DNA of 64,000 nt, taken from Guillardia theta CCMP2712. Its lineage: Eukaryota > Protista > Cryptophyta. The stretch covers positions 613,497 through 677,496 of the forward strand of contig NW_005434664.1 of assembly GCF_000315625.1 (NCBI RefSeq), read 5' to 3'. The notes below the pieces were generated by a model. The model worked only from the letters and a program-made list of their open reading frames with translations. It was not told where the DNA came from and made no database searches. The position numbers were made by a program, and so were the translations under genes. This document shows positions 23,035-35,925 of the stretch, in pieces; within the stretch, counting starts at the first letter, position 1, and every line of letters begins with the position of its first letter.

Positions 23035-24912
23035 TCACAGATGGTCGAAACTTACTTTTCTTCTTGCGCCCGATGCTTGTTGTCTCAATATCTTGTTTCT
23101 TGATATTTCTTGTTTCATTTTAGACTTTGTGTTCTGTTTGTAGATTTGGTCACAAGATCGATATTCTAGCAAACAGCCATTACCTGGATGCCTATCTCTA
23201 TCTCTTGAATCTTACTGCTTAAGATGTCCTGTAATGTATCAAGTGAGCCAGATGGTGCTATTCCAAACATGATGTACTATATGTTCTTGCTCAAGCTTTC
23301 TGCGTTCCATCATTAATGCATTTGCTTTCGAAGCTTCGAATTCATCAGTGTCAGATATCAGTTTTTGTAAGTTCTGCCCAACACTCTTCAAATCCAACTG
23401 TAAAGAGAAATCAAACGCTCCCATGAAAGAACTTAGAGGCAATATACGGATTCAAGCTCCCACTGAAGCCTCTGCCTTTCTTCTTGCTGCTTTTCATACT
23501 TTAACTTCAAGCTGCTATGAAGCTGGTCCAATTTTTCTTTTGACGTGTTAAATGATGTTCCATTGGTAGATACTGGCATATTTTTGAGTAGCCAATGAAC
23601 TTCAGCCTAGAATACCCAAAAGTGCAAATTAGCGTAGCTCATTTAAGACGTTTTCTCACCTCTTCAGAAAAAAACATTGACACAAAATGCTGAAAATCAA
23701 TCTTGTTCTTATCAGTTCCACTTTCTTTTCGTTCACTCAACGACTCATTCAACCGCTTGATTGCATTTGCTTTGTCGGCTGAGTTTTGAATTTTCAAAAG
23801 CGAACATAAATCTGAATGCACGAGGACGATTACTGCAAAAACTAGGAATGAACAAAATACCTCGATTGTTGTATATCGCACTTATCAATTCTTGTGCGGT
23901 CACAGCATTCTCAGGATGTCTACTTATCAATTTGAATGCTGAACTGATCTGTGTAACCTGATACAGGCCAAATATTTGATCAAGCAGCACTCGAATGGAA
24001 GAATCAAATTACCGTGGGCCCACAGGTCGTACTGGAACCTGGAATTTCGTCTGCTTGGCCCAAGTGGTCAACCTCCAAATTATGCGGACGAGCAGATGAA
24101 GAATTGACCTGGGTCAGAGCTGCTCTTCTTCAAGCTCTTTGCTGCTTTTTTTAATTTCTCTTTACAATCCTGGCAGCACTTGTCATGTTTGGGAGCAAGC
24201 AGTAACAGGTATCAAGTGGTTCTTGGCGATCTTGCCTGGAGGCTTTTATCGGTTTGATGCAGATTGATGGATGTTTCTAACATTTCATTTTGCTTTTCTC
24301 GCCACCTTTGACAGATCGATCAATTACATGTCAATTCAAAAGATTGATTCACGTTCGCGCATGGCTGCTTCTCTGTAGCAAAGCATTGAGCAGGTTCTTC
24401 ATGCTTGAGGCGTCTCGTGAAGATGTTGAACTCTCTTTCTCCGCCAAAATCTACACTCTCGTCAAAGAAGGCCTGTGCAACTTGAAGATACAGTACTTGT
24501 AAAGCTTTTTGGCCGTACTTTTCCAGTTCGACTCCAACCAACTGGCGTGTATTCAGCAATCGAGATTTCTGCAAACATGGAGCGAAGATAGACACATCAG
24601 TTCCCCGACGCAATACCTGCAATTCTCGAGAGCTTTCCCTTCTTGAAGCTCGCAGATCTTTCAGCTGTTGGACACGTTCGTAAATTTCAAACATCATGAT
24701 TGCATCAACCACAGAACATTCAGTAAGATGCGTTGTTAGGCAGGGAAAGGGGAGGATCTCAGCCCAACGCTGAGACTTGACAACACAGAGCACTGCTTGC
24801 GAGTGAAATTGCATTGGGAGGCTGGCACAGCCAGTAGGACGCGAGGAAGGGGCATCACCAGCGTGTCAAGTCTGCTGAGCGGATCGTCCTCCGTCCTGGA
24901 AGTTGACGCCAT
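23035..24912 (-). CDS. Hypothetical coiled-coil protein with EF-hand-like segments, multi-exon
   Basis: ATG at 24912 (MASTSRTEDD...). Exons encode coiled-coil stretches (KEKLDQLHSSLKLKYEKQQEERQRLQWELES) and EF-hand-like SAFKLI...VTAQELISA and NKIDFQHFVSMF. Confidence 0.5.
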
Positions 24913-25811
24913 GGAGCAGTAGTGACTCGCCGGGCCTAGCCAAGGGCTAGCGGAACGTTATTAGGGTACGGGGGTGGTAAGGACCGGAAATATGTAGTAG
25001 GGACAATAGTAGACAGAGGGGGTGGGGGTGAAGGGGAAAGGGGTGGGACCCTCTAAGCTGCAAGTTGCCCTGGATCTAGAAGTCTGTATGCGACGATGAT
25101 GGTGAAAGAGATGAGCTCGAAGACGCATGTGTGTTTGTCTTGTTGCCTGTATCAGATGCTGATCACTCTCACTCCATTCCTCATGTTGCTTCCTATACCT
25201 GCCGTCAGCAGACCTGGCTCATCTGTAGCGGTAGATGTTTTAGGAAATGTATGAGATGTCGAAAATGATTCTCTGATCTGTCCTTTGGTTGACATGTATT
25301 TTGAAGTGGGAATATTTTTCCAAGGGCTGTAGATTGCTCTTTAAAAACCATAGTATTGGTTATGTTCTCGAAATTCAAGTTTTCAAGTTTCCCCGCACGA
25401 TTCTTTGTCATGTAATAGATTGAAAGATTGGTTTTGGTAAGTTTGCATCTTGAAGTTTTATGTGTCGTTGGTTTGAAAAAACGAGAGAAATAATGACAAG
25501 ATGGCCGTAACTTCTTGAATCTACACAACTACGTAACTCCTTGCATTTACACAACTACTTCTGTAGGGTCATCCGTCCCATTGCGCTTCCACAACACTAG
25601 AAACTAGGTTATCCTGGCTGATATCTGCTATCCAATTAAAGAATGTAAGCACTCTAGATTGTGTTTGCAGGAATGAATATGAGATACGTCCAAACGTCCA
25701 TCGCACTGTTGGAAAGACAAGTTTCAAGCTAAAACATTGGCTAATCACATTCTGTCTGGGTGATCTAAACACATTCATTCAATACAAACATTCTAAAGAC
25801 CCTTCATGCTT

Positions 25812-27794
25812 TCACGCTTTAACATACGTGATGAAGAGCAGTGCATTTGGTACAAGATTAGCAGATATCATTGTTTGTTCATCGCTGTACTCTCGTGCTG
25901 GAAAATGCGTCCTAAGAATCATTCCATCAATACATCTGTGATCAAAATGTCAGTGCGTTCATAATCCTACAAGGCACATTTCAATACTCACGTGTGGCTT
26001 TTCAAGAGTGTTTTGAGCTCTGCTATCGTAGAACTGTGCGCTAACACAACTTCATAAGTCACATTCGTGTCCTGCATAAAACGTCACTCATTGAAACTTT
26101 GTTTCTCCCCTCTTCCCCCTGCATCTACATTGCTCTCTGTCAATCTCTCAATTCCTGTCTGTCTGTCTGTCTGTCTGTCTGCCTGCCTTCATATCACACA
26201 GACGCACATACACTTGTTCACACTTGAGCTACAAGTCGCACAGACATTACCATCTTCTTCACTCTGACGATTGTCCTTTCTTTTTCGCTCCTTTCATACT
26301 TAGATGGTATTGGAAAGACTTCCGCGTCCTCTTTGGACCGTTCTCTAACTGGATAAATCCTCTTTTCTATATCCTCCTGCCATGAAACAACGAAATCAGT
26401 GGAGGTGCACATCTAAGTGCAGGACGCAGGGAAAAGCAACCTTGATATTAATAATGTTGCCACCAGGGCCAATAACAGAATTCGGTAGATTCCTTAGAAT
26501 GTCTGGAGCTTTGCTGTTGCCAGCTGCAGTAGGATTCCAAATTTCTTTTCGTGAAGCATTTGAAACAGCCGCTGCGGATCCTGGTGCTGCACCTCTCGAA
26601 CCAACAGAATGCCCTTCACCTTTAAACGCTTGGAAGTTGCTTGCCGCATCGCGACTGTACTTTTCTTTAAGTCGAAATTCAACTTTGATTGGAACTCCAT
26701 CAGGATACTCCTCCTTTAGTTCCCATGGAAAGTACCCATCCATCAAATCTTTCACCAGGAGCTTCGATTCTTTGAGTTTGTACGGTCGAAGTGGGCCACC
26801 TCTAGCAAAGATCCCATCTTGATAAAATGTATAGCTCACCTACAAAGCACGGAATATTTGCATTAGATTAGACACATGTTGGGAGATGGCATCTCCTGAG
26901 AGCAGACTTTACCTGCGCCTTCTCTTTCAGCTTCCTTATTCCGTTATGTGCTACCACTTCTTTCTCTCCCTCTCCAGCAATGAAATTCAATTGCTTGACA
27001 CTAGTCAATATCTGTGCTGGATCAAAAGGAGTTTCCAAAGCCTCAGGGCCACTTCTATCACTCAGGTCGTTGCCGTCTTGTTCTGAAACTTCCTTTCCTT
27101 GTGCGACTTCTTGGTTCCACATCCCTTCATTCATTTGCAGCGGTTGCGGGTTGGCAGAGCTCTTGCCAGAGCTAACACTGTCTCCAACCCACTCCATTCC
27201 ATAGTCTCTCAAAAACTGCTTCATCTCTGTATTTTCCTTGATCAGAGTCTTATTTTCATGGTCTGCTCTTTTAAGAAGTTCCCTCAGTTTGTTGTTCTGC
27301 TCCCTCATTGCAGATAGATCTGGAGTGCTTTTACAACGACCGAAGTTGGGGTCAGCATACTCATTCTTTTCGTTCGTCGATGCATCTTTTGCTGCCAGCG
27401 CTGATTTGAGCTCAGCGATCTCCGAGTCCTTGCCTTTGAGCAACTCTCTCAGCTCTGCAGCAGCCTTCTCCGCATGTCTCAGACGTGATGCCATAGCGCT
27501 GACAAGGGACATGTCGTGGGCATCGTCGCCATTCTTTCCTCTCGCACTCTTCTTTTCTGGCTTGACATCTACGGCACTTGCATCCTCTACAACCTTATCA
27601 ATGTCACTGAGGCGCATGTTCTGGATGAGACGTTTCTGCAGTTCTGCGTCTTTGTCATGGCTGATACCGAAGCGCAACGGCAGTCCGGTTGCCTTATCAT
27701 GTGAAGGGTAGGGGCAACGAATAGGAAGGAGAGGCTTGGCCTTGCCCTGAGGCATGGCGACCTTCTTCTTGACCTCTTTGTCCACGTTGGCCAT
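25812..27794 (-). CDS. UBXN11: UBX domain protein 11 (Socius-like): coiled coil, SEP, SHP box and UBX
   Basis: EMKQFLRDYGMEWVG, SEP domain TFYQDGIF...PLRPY...DLMDGYFPWELKEEYPDGVPIKV, SHP-like FKGEGHSVG, and UBX end LRTHFPAREYSDEQTMISANLVPNALLFITYVKA*. Confidence 0.88.
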
Positions 27795-28109
27795 GGACGA
27801 GAGAAAGCGCGTTGGGGGAAGAAATCAAAAACGACTATGGCATGATCTGGTCCCAATAGAGCTATGGGAAGTTTATGGGATTCGAAAGCTGGTTCAATAC
27901 TTTCCTTCGTTTTTTTGTCAAATTTATTATCTCACGATATTTCAAACCACAAACTCCCCTACTAGGCTAGAGTCAGTTCACGGAAGTTCCATGGCCGAGG
28001 TCGGCGCTCGGATGTTTTTTAACTTAACTTTGAGTAAAGAAGATGTAGCAGTTGGTTCAGCGTTTCTCCATGCGAGGGATCTCTCACGGTCGTGTATCTC
28101 TGACATCGA

Positions 28110-28215
28110 CAGACTCGGCTGAGAGACTACTGGCAGAGCCTCGGACGGCCGGGCGTGCCGGGCCCGGAAAGACTCGGAGACTCGCCGTCGGACTCGAGAG
28201 AGAAACTGAGTCTGG
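28110..28215. promoter_or_regulatory. CCGG/GACTC-rich patch between divergent UBXN11 and TRAPPC5
   Basis: gactcgg, gactcgc and gactcga repeated around ggccgggcgtgccgggcccgg. Confidence 0.4.
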
Positions 28216-28488
28216 GCATTGCAATAATTATTGTAAATGGAGGATGTACTCTGTGAATTACTTAATACCAAAATGTAGTACGCAATTGTCCTGCTTGGTA
28301 CTATCTAAACCTACGGGCACGGGTCCGCCCAGGAGCTTGTACCGGGATGAGCTAAAATTGTTGTAGACTGTGAACCCTCCTTGGTTGTCCCCTCCAGGAT
28401 CAGCCGTGTGAACCTGAACAAGGCTGAAACGTGTTTGCTAGGGCTTCAACCTCGGTTCACCATCAACACACCGCAGACTTGATAGAGA

Positions 28489-29498
28489 ATGTCGTCCGGC
28501 AATGCACCATCGAAGGCGAACAAGACCATCGTAGACCGTCCGATGCCGAGGGGGAAGGCAGAAGTGAGATAACTTCGTTGATCTGTCTTGATGCATCTTA
28601 ATCACTCTTGTATATCGATCAGGTGAGCCTCAGCTCCTTCTGCTTCTTGTTCTCCGAAATAGTTCAGTATTGTCAAAACCGCGTCAACACGACACAAGAA
28701 CTAGAGAAGATGGTCAAGAGATGTTGGAGGTTCAGTCATCTCTGAACATCACATGCACACAGCTCGCCGAGATAGGACATAATGTGGGGGTACGAATGCT
28801 AGAATTGAGCTCGCTTCGGGAGAAAGCAGGATTCAAGAGAGAGATAAAGGTGTGCAGCTGACCCCTAATTTCACTCTTCATCAACGACTTTGGCAGATTG
28901 TTGGGATTTTGAGTTACATCAAAGACACGATCTGGAAGGTGAGAACATCTTGCAATCGTTCACTCCAGTCGTGATTCTCTCATCCAGGTCATGTTCGGCA
29001 AAGTCGCAGATTCGCTGGAGAGAGTGACGGACAAAGAAGACGAATGTGAAACCCTTTTGAATTATGCCTTTGTGCGGTGGGACTGATATCAATGTTTGTG
29101 GGCATGTTTCTGGGCCCTTAGATATGATACACGAGAAGGATCCTCTTGTCAACACATACATATCCGTCCCCAAAGGTGTGTGTGCATACGAATGTTTTTC
29201 CAGCTGTCGGTCATTTCCCTCAGAATACGGGCATCTGAATTGTGCGGCGTTCGTAGCGGGGATTGTTCAGGGGATTCTTGATTCTGGTTGCTCCTTCCGT
29301 GCCCTTCCCAAATCTCACTGCCGTTGTGCTGCAGCTGATTTCCCTGCACGCGTGACAGCTCATACTGTTCCCGTCGGTGCCGACACACGAACGACAATCT
29401 TGGTCAAATTCACGCCACAGGTTGGACTGACATCAATGCTGAGCAACCTTGACATAGTTGCTATCTAGGTGATGGAACGAGAGAAGCGGATCGCATAA
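28489..29498 (+). CDS. TRAPPC5: TRAPP complex subunit 5 (Trs31), multi-exon
   Basis: Spliced product: ...EVSLSSFCFLFSEIVQYCQNRV...LAEIGHNVGVRMLEL...MFGKVADSLE...[49 protein letters not shown]...TTILVKF...VMEREKRIA*. Confidence 0.95.
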
Positions 29499-29520
29499 GT
29501 TTTTGTAAAGAAACATCTTA

Positions 29521-30801
29521 TCAATCGCTCATTGCATCGCTCCTACGTATATCTGCCCACACAGGAGCGTGATCCGAGGGACCCTGCCAACCTCTAACCT
29601 CCTTGTGCACCCCTCTGAGAGCCAAGTGAGCGGAAGATTACACAATGATCGTTACCCTTGCACGAAACGATCCGCCAGGTGCGGCGATAGCAGGATGTGA
29701 TCAATTCTCATGCCCTTATTCTATTGGAGGAAATCACTTGCAAGTAAATGGGGAGGTAGGTGGAGACCTTCTCCCAAGACCCTGCCCGATAGTCCCAATA
29801 GGAATATTGCTTCTCCTTGTTTGGTTTGATCTGCAAGGCATCATACAGTCCCTGTGCAGCAAGGTCATTGCACAATGCACATAACGCAACGATGTCTCTG
29901 AGCCTGACCTGGTAAACGAGGGATCGATACTGCGACCGACAATGCGGATGCACGACAGCATCGCTGGACAGATCTATGATATCATAACAGTCTTCATCTG
30001 ATCAGATCTTCAGCAATACTGAGCTCAAAATCCTGTCGAAGAGGTTAACACACCTCGAGGGACGGTGTTGAAATCCCCCATCAAGACCAACGGCATGTCT
30101 GACTGCGTCAAGCTCTTCACGCGGCCGTAGAGAAGCTTGCTCCATCTCAATCTGTAGTCAAACTTCTCGCTCCCAACAGGGTTGCCATTCGGATGGTAGA
30201 GATTGCAGATGGCGATACCTTGCACACTGCACTGGACGTATCTCGCTTGCGGGTCGTGCTCGTCATCTTCGGGCCCCTTCAGACCAAACTCGACATTCGT
30301 CATGGGATGCTTGGACAGTGTTGCAACACCATTGTATGACTTCTGACCCAAGTGGACGTGGTGATAACCGAGCTTCGAGAAAGTCTCAGCCGGGAAATCG
30401 TTCTGCTGGCACTTAATCTCTTGAAGCGCAAGCACATCGGGGCTGTACTCTTGTATATATCTGCGCAAATTCGAATTCAAACTGGCGTGTCACAAGTACA
30501 TGCTCAACCTTTCAATAAGAGGTAATCGTTGCCTGACTGAGTTCACATTCCACGTCACGAGGCGAAGATTCTTTTGCCCGCTGGGATCCCTTGAGCAACG
30601 AAGCCTTCTTACGCCAGGCATCATGGTTCGCAATATCCTCGATTGATGGCTCAAATCTCTCTTTGAAAACTTCATGTTCCGCAGGCTATTCGTGTTGGTG
30701 ACGATAAAGGCAGAAGAAGCTCGTGTGAAGGAATGCACGTTTGCAACGACAAGAGCGATGAAGTAGATATAATAGCTGTGTCTGACCTTGTAGAGATTCA
30801 T
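29521..30801 (-). CDS. xthA: Exodeoxyribonuclease III / AP endonuclease, bacterial Xth-like, predicted plastid-targeted, multi-exon
   Basis: VTWNVNSVRQR, DVLALQEIK, GQKSYNGVA, NLYHPNGNP, LMGDFN, YSYWDYRAGSWE...GMRIDHILL, SDHAPV. N-terminal hydrophobic signal followed by VHS-FTRASSAF and a basic transit-like region. Confidence 0.92.
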
Positions 30802-30851
30802 GGAAGCATAGTTTCAATAGGCTTGTCTACGATCTCTATGCATAACTTCCT

Positions 30852-30910
30852 TCTCCTGCTCCTCCTGCTCCTCCTGCTCCTCCTGCTCCTCCTGCTCCTC
30901 CTGCTCCTCC
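30852..30910 (+). repeat. (CTCCTGCTC)n tandem repeat
   Basis: Direct reading of ctcctgctc repeated about six times. Confidence 0.85.
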
Positions 30911-31249
30911 CGGCTGCGAGAGGGGAGGCCTTGTAAATTTTGCGATGCGTTCCTTGATGTTTCCGTGCTCATACCGCACCAGCGAATTCAAATTCCTTCC
31001 CTTGTGCCCTTTAGCAACGAAAGAAAAAAAAGGGACGAAATGAGCACACCACCCCTTGAAATAATTGAAACAATCAAGCTTTTGTACCCGGTGCTTAGCG
31101 GTTTCCAGATATTGACTAAATATTGTTGATAAGCAGATCGTGTCAACAAGGCGAGGTTACGGCAAAATGGCGCGCGGGTGAGGCAGGAATCAGGTGACAG
31201 AGCGTGCAGAAGAGGACGCGAGAGGAGAGCAGCTTGCGAAGAAGTGACA

Positions 31250-32810
31250 ATGACGAGGAGCAGGAAGCTTCGGGCCCTCGTTCCTCTGCTTTTCCTCTTG
31301 ACATGGACCCGTGGCTCAGGTGCATCTCACAGTCGAGCTAACAGCACTGCATCGCCTGAGTTCTCATCTGGAGTTGAGCAGTTTGTGGAAGAGAGGATGG
31401 AGGAGAGAGTGACGTCGGAAGAATCCTTCAGCATCAACAGACTGTGCTCTCCTGAAAACGACTTGGATCTCAGATGGTCACAGGAGGTAAACCCCTACCG
31501 CGTTGGGTTCGCACCCTTTGCAGATGGAGGTCTACAATCCAACGAAGACATCCAGGCATCGTTCTTGACCTCATCATGGAACTCTGATAGGGCAGAATCT
31601 TCCTGCACGTCGGATGCCGTCAAACCAGCAAATATGCAGAGGAACTCTGAGTACACCATTGAGCAGGGGAGCACCCAAACGGACCTTGTCGATCACGACA
31701 AAGAACTTCTTGATCAGCTCATAGAGCTTTACCGTAAGCGCCATGGGGAGCTGCCAACAGACGATATTGTATATAGGTGGTGCGAGACTTTCAGGTCTGC
31801 AATCTCCAATCAGTGTCGGTCTGTTGCCAATCAGACCGCAAATCGATTTCTGCACGTTTCGGGCATGTACGTGGACTTTGACCGATCAGTGGTATATAAC
31901 ACGCGTGCAAAAAGAAGAAGTGCAAGGCTTCTACCTCAATGTCAGCACGTGTATCCCGACGGTTCTCGATGTGGTTTGATATCTTCTTTCGTGCAATTCC
32001 CTGAGCATGACGCAACCCAAGTTACGAAGCTCATGGTTTGCCGGCTCCACTCGTCCACGCAAAGTTCCAAGAAAATCGAAGAAAATTGCGAAAAGAACCA
32101 GAAGCGCTTGTCGGAAAATCGTAAGAAAGTTCCCAAGAAGAGCGGCAAAAGCGTGAGCTCCGTTCATTGTGCCTCTCCGGGATGCAGTCGTACTCCTACC
32201 TACGGTGATATATCAGCCATTGATCCAGCCATGCAAAAAGCCCTTTACTGCAAGCGACATAAGCTTCCGCATCATCTGAATCTTCGACACTTCAAGTGTC
32301 AGCATGAGGGTGGTTGTATGAAGCAAGCCTTGTGGGGAAATCCGATCGACCGTGTGAGATTGTGGTGCGCGAGGCATGCCAAGAGCGGTGACATGAACTT
32401 GTCAGAGAAGAGGTTGGTTCAGATGCGCTCTTGTGTTCCCTGACTCTATTGGCAGATGTGAGTTCATCACTGGATGTTCTAGAAGAGCAGTGTACGGGCT
32501 GCTGGGAGGCAAGGCGAGGCACTGTCGCGCCCACAGGGAGCATGACGAGAGGGACCTAGTGCACAAGCATTGTGAGTTTGTGTCCAGCGATGGAAGCATC
32601 TGCACTACTCAAGCATCTTATGGTCAACCTGGTGGCCCTTCGAAATTCTGCGGGAATCACAAATTACACTGTCATGTACAAACTCGAAGATCTACGAAGA
32701 TTCAAAGCCACAGTTTGTCGAAAGGCGGATACCTAAAGCACACTGCGCTGTTTTCTTCCAGCCAGATCACTCCATACGAAGCACCTTTCTCCATTTCAGG
32801 CTTCATGTGA
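31250..32810 (+). CDS. Signal-peptide protein with EsV-1-7-like Cys/His zinc-binding repeats, two exons
   Basis: MTRSRKLRALVPLLFLLTW signal and repeats C-x(4-8)-C-x3-(P/A)-x-(Y/W)G-x(7-12)-C-x2-H: CASPGCSRTPTYG..YCKRH, CQHEGGCMKQALWG..WCARH, CEFITGCSRRAVYG..HCRAH, CEFVSSDGSICTTQASYG..FCGNH. Confidence 0.8.
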
Positions 32811-32989
32811 ATATTGTTGTTAATTATGATTGCTTTGATTCCATAGTTGTGTTGAATTTTGACTCGTTTTTTTTCGGTGTAGAATAGTATTGTGTGAAAT
32901 GTGACTAATGTAAAGTTAGAGAATAAATCTGAATGAAGGTACTATACAATCAACAGCTCGAAAATGGAATTGTAGAACGTCTCTTTCTA

Positions 32990-35925
32990 GAGTCATTGGT
33001 TCATAGCTTTTCTTCGTAGCCAAGCATTCTGCTTGCTTTCAAGGAATGGACCGTCTTTGGCTTTGGGGATGCCGTGATGAACGCGTATCTAAAATCACGT
33101 GAATTTCAGACTCAGATGCAGTAAGGACCACACACCATCTGTGCGAGCTCTTTAGTGGCATGATCCAGAAACTTGTTGCCTCGTAAGATTTGTAACCGAG
33201 CAAGAAATAACCTAAAAAGGGTCATCCAAGGACTCGCAAGCTTGACTTCACCTTCTTTTAGACTTCTTCATTTCTGGAAACAAAGCAATCAATTCAGTAT
33301 CGTCAAACCCGCGAAGAAGATCGTCTATTCTCCTGATCCCAGCGTTCTTCAAGTCTTCAAGGTGCGACAAATACCCCAACCGTCGAATAAGCTCGACGAA
33401 CTCTCTTTCCCCTTGATAAAATTGACCGAGCGCAGTGATGCACAGAGAAATCACGTTGCAAGATGACAGACTCGCTTGAAGAGCACTGTCCTCATCATAT
33501 GCATTCCTTGTATTGCTTTTCAATTTATTCGCTCCGGCGTCATCAACGTCTTCTTTTCGTTTCTGAATCCTTGGCCAATGTGAATTGCCTGCCGTTTCAT
33601 TGGAAGCCACATTGTTTAAATCATTTTTTCGATAATTTGCTGATCGTTTGATTTCTTTTAAGCTATTTTCTTTGAAAGGACTGATGAATTCCTTCTGATG
33701 GTCCTCCGCATAGTGTATTTGACTCGCCTCAGACAGTGTGAATTTTCCTTTGATTTGTCTGCTTTGGAGAATAGCTGACAACGAAAACCTCAAACTTCCT
33801 AATAACACGGGTTCTGTCTTTCCATCAAACTTGTTCAAAACTCTGATGATAAGAGAGCCATTTTTGGAATTCATGTCCTCAAATGCAAAAGTTTCGTTCC
33901 ATGTCGGCAAAGTTCCATCCGGGAGCAGGTGGCGAAGAGATTTGGTTGTATATACAGTATTGAACACCTGAACCTCGCAGGTAGGATCAGACGTTCTGTA
34001 GTCGGTGAGCTTCTTGTCCGTTATGCTTTGCATTCCATGGACCTCCACAGTGAGATCAAATTTGTTTTCTGTTTCTCTCTCAACGCTCATTTCTTGAAAA
34101 CTGTGTATGATAACGGAAAACTGTTCACACAGGTCGTTTTGCTTTTTCTGAAGCATCGGATGTCAATATAGCAGAGAAGGAGCTTTTTGCATATACCAGC
34201 ATTGCTGAAACGTCATCAGCTCTGACGCACAGGACTTTGACAGTTGTCAATGCCACTACACAGAGCGGGAAGCATCTTCCAGTTAGCACAGAGCCCTCAG
34301 CAAAACATGCCCCTTCATCGTTAGTGCGTGCAATCTCAACAAAATTCTGTTGAAACGTCGTCTTGTCTATCTTGCTACTGATGAATTTGCAGTCGGCTGT
34401 TGTTTTTCTTTCATATACCTCTCAAAATTTCAGTGAAGATATTCGTAAGGTCATCACTATTCACCCCGACAGTTCCTTCCTTCAAAATCATAACTTTGGA
34501 ACACTTCTCATCATCAAAATGCATGATAGTCCCTTGTTCAGCCACTTGCTGGAGTCAAAGCGGTTATCAGTCGATACCTCGCGTATCATTCAAGGAGACC
34601 AGCGTTGTGTTCTTGACTAGATCCGTGAAGAACTCAGAGGAATCCATGTGCAAAACAGCAAATGATAATCTATGCCGATGCAATTGTCTACGTCAATGCT
34701 TAGTGAACACGCCCTGTGTTGTCAAAAATCTACATCGGAAGCTCGATTCGCAAGTTGTATTCTGGGTCAACGTTGTTTCTGATCTGCGCTGAAACATCAA
34801 AATGAATGTTCAGTGTATTTCACTGTCGCTACGGTTGACGTGAAGAATTCTTGATCATCGACTGTGATCATCACCTTGCCAGCCCCAAGTCAAAGATCTC
34901 GTCGAAGGTCATAGGGCATAAACCTGAGAGTCGCAGAGTATGACACGATCCATCTTAGGTAAATGATTTGCTCTCAATACCTTCAAAGAGATCTTGTCTT
35001 GGTGAAACTTGGTCTCAATCTTTAGGGAAGCTTTCTTCCCATCCAACCCAGTGATGGAATGTCCATATTTGTCTTCGAGACCTTTCAAAGAGCTTCACAA
35101 AGAGACGAGCTTGCTCAGCAAGGATCAACGTAGTTCAAAAGTCTCCCATTCTTGCAGTTTGGAGCAGTCAAGTGTGTGTGTGGCAGTCCCAACATGTCTG
35201 GTGGCTCGTCAGCACAACCAAGATGAAGTGAGTTCCCCTTGCTCCTACCTGCTGCCGAAAAGCAGAGGCCCGAAGAGCTGCGAGCGCGCGAGAGTCGACC
35301 AGACGCCCTCAGCTCTCAACCGTCTGACCCTCATCGGGGGGTTTCGGTTGTGCGAAGCCTTGGCAAGACGGAAAGTTGTGGACCTGCAGTTGTTTTATCA
35401 AAGTGACGTGGGAGAGAAAGATTGATAGCAGACGTATGGATGCTGGACAAATCAGAATTTCCAGGCGAACCCAAGCAGCTTTTGATATCTTCTTTGTCTC
35501 GAATCGGTGAGACGTATCGGAAACCTGATCCACGAACAATACGAGAACTTTTTGTATCAACGAAGGATGATGTCAAAGGCGAGAACTGTAGCAGATCATG
35601 ACAGGCATCCAAAAGGAGGTCAACAAGCAGTCAGAGCATGGCCTGCAAGAAACAGAACAAGCTTACGTATCTCTCCTTCCAGACACCGATGCTGTGGGGA
35701 CACATGAGTTTGGAACTTGTGTCTGCTTGCGCTGAACTATCCACATAGTTCTCCTCTCTCCTCGCTCCTCTCCTCTCCTCTCCTCTCTCTTCCCACCCTC
35801 CTGCCTCCGACATGAAAGCGTCCCCTGGGCAGCCGCCTACTGGTAGCCCAACTGACCCAATGCCGCCCACCCCTCCCCTCTTCCACTTCCAGTGCTCTAA
35901 ACAGTGGGGTGTCTGTAGACGGCAT
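32990..35925 (-). CDS. Cyclic-nucleotide-binding-like, C2 and SAM-like domain protein, multi-exon
   Basis: cNMP-like GTIMHFDDEKCSKVMILKEGTVGV...EIARTNDEGACFAEGSVL...VVALTTVKVLCVRADDVSAML; C2 SDPTCEVQV...PTWNETFAF...LIIRVLNK...LLGSLRFSL; SAM-like LIRRLGYLSHLEDLKNAGIRRIDDLL...ELIALFPEMKK. Start and end approximate. Confidence 0.7.
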
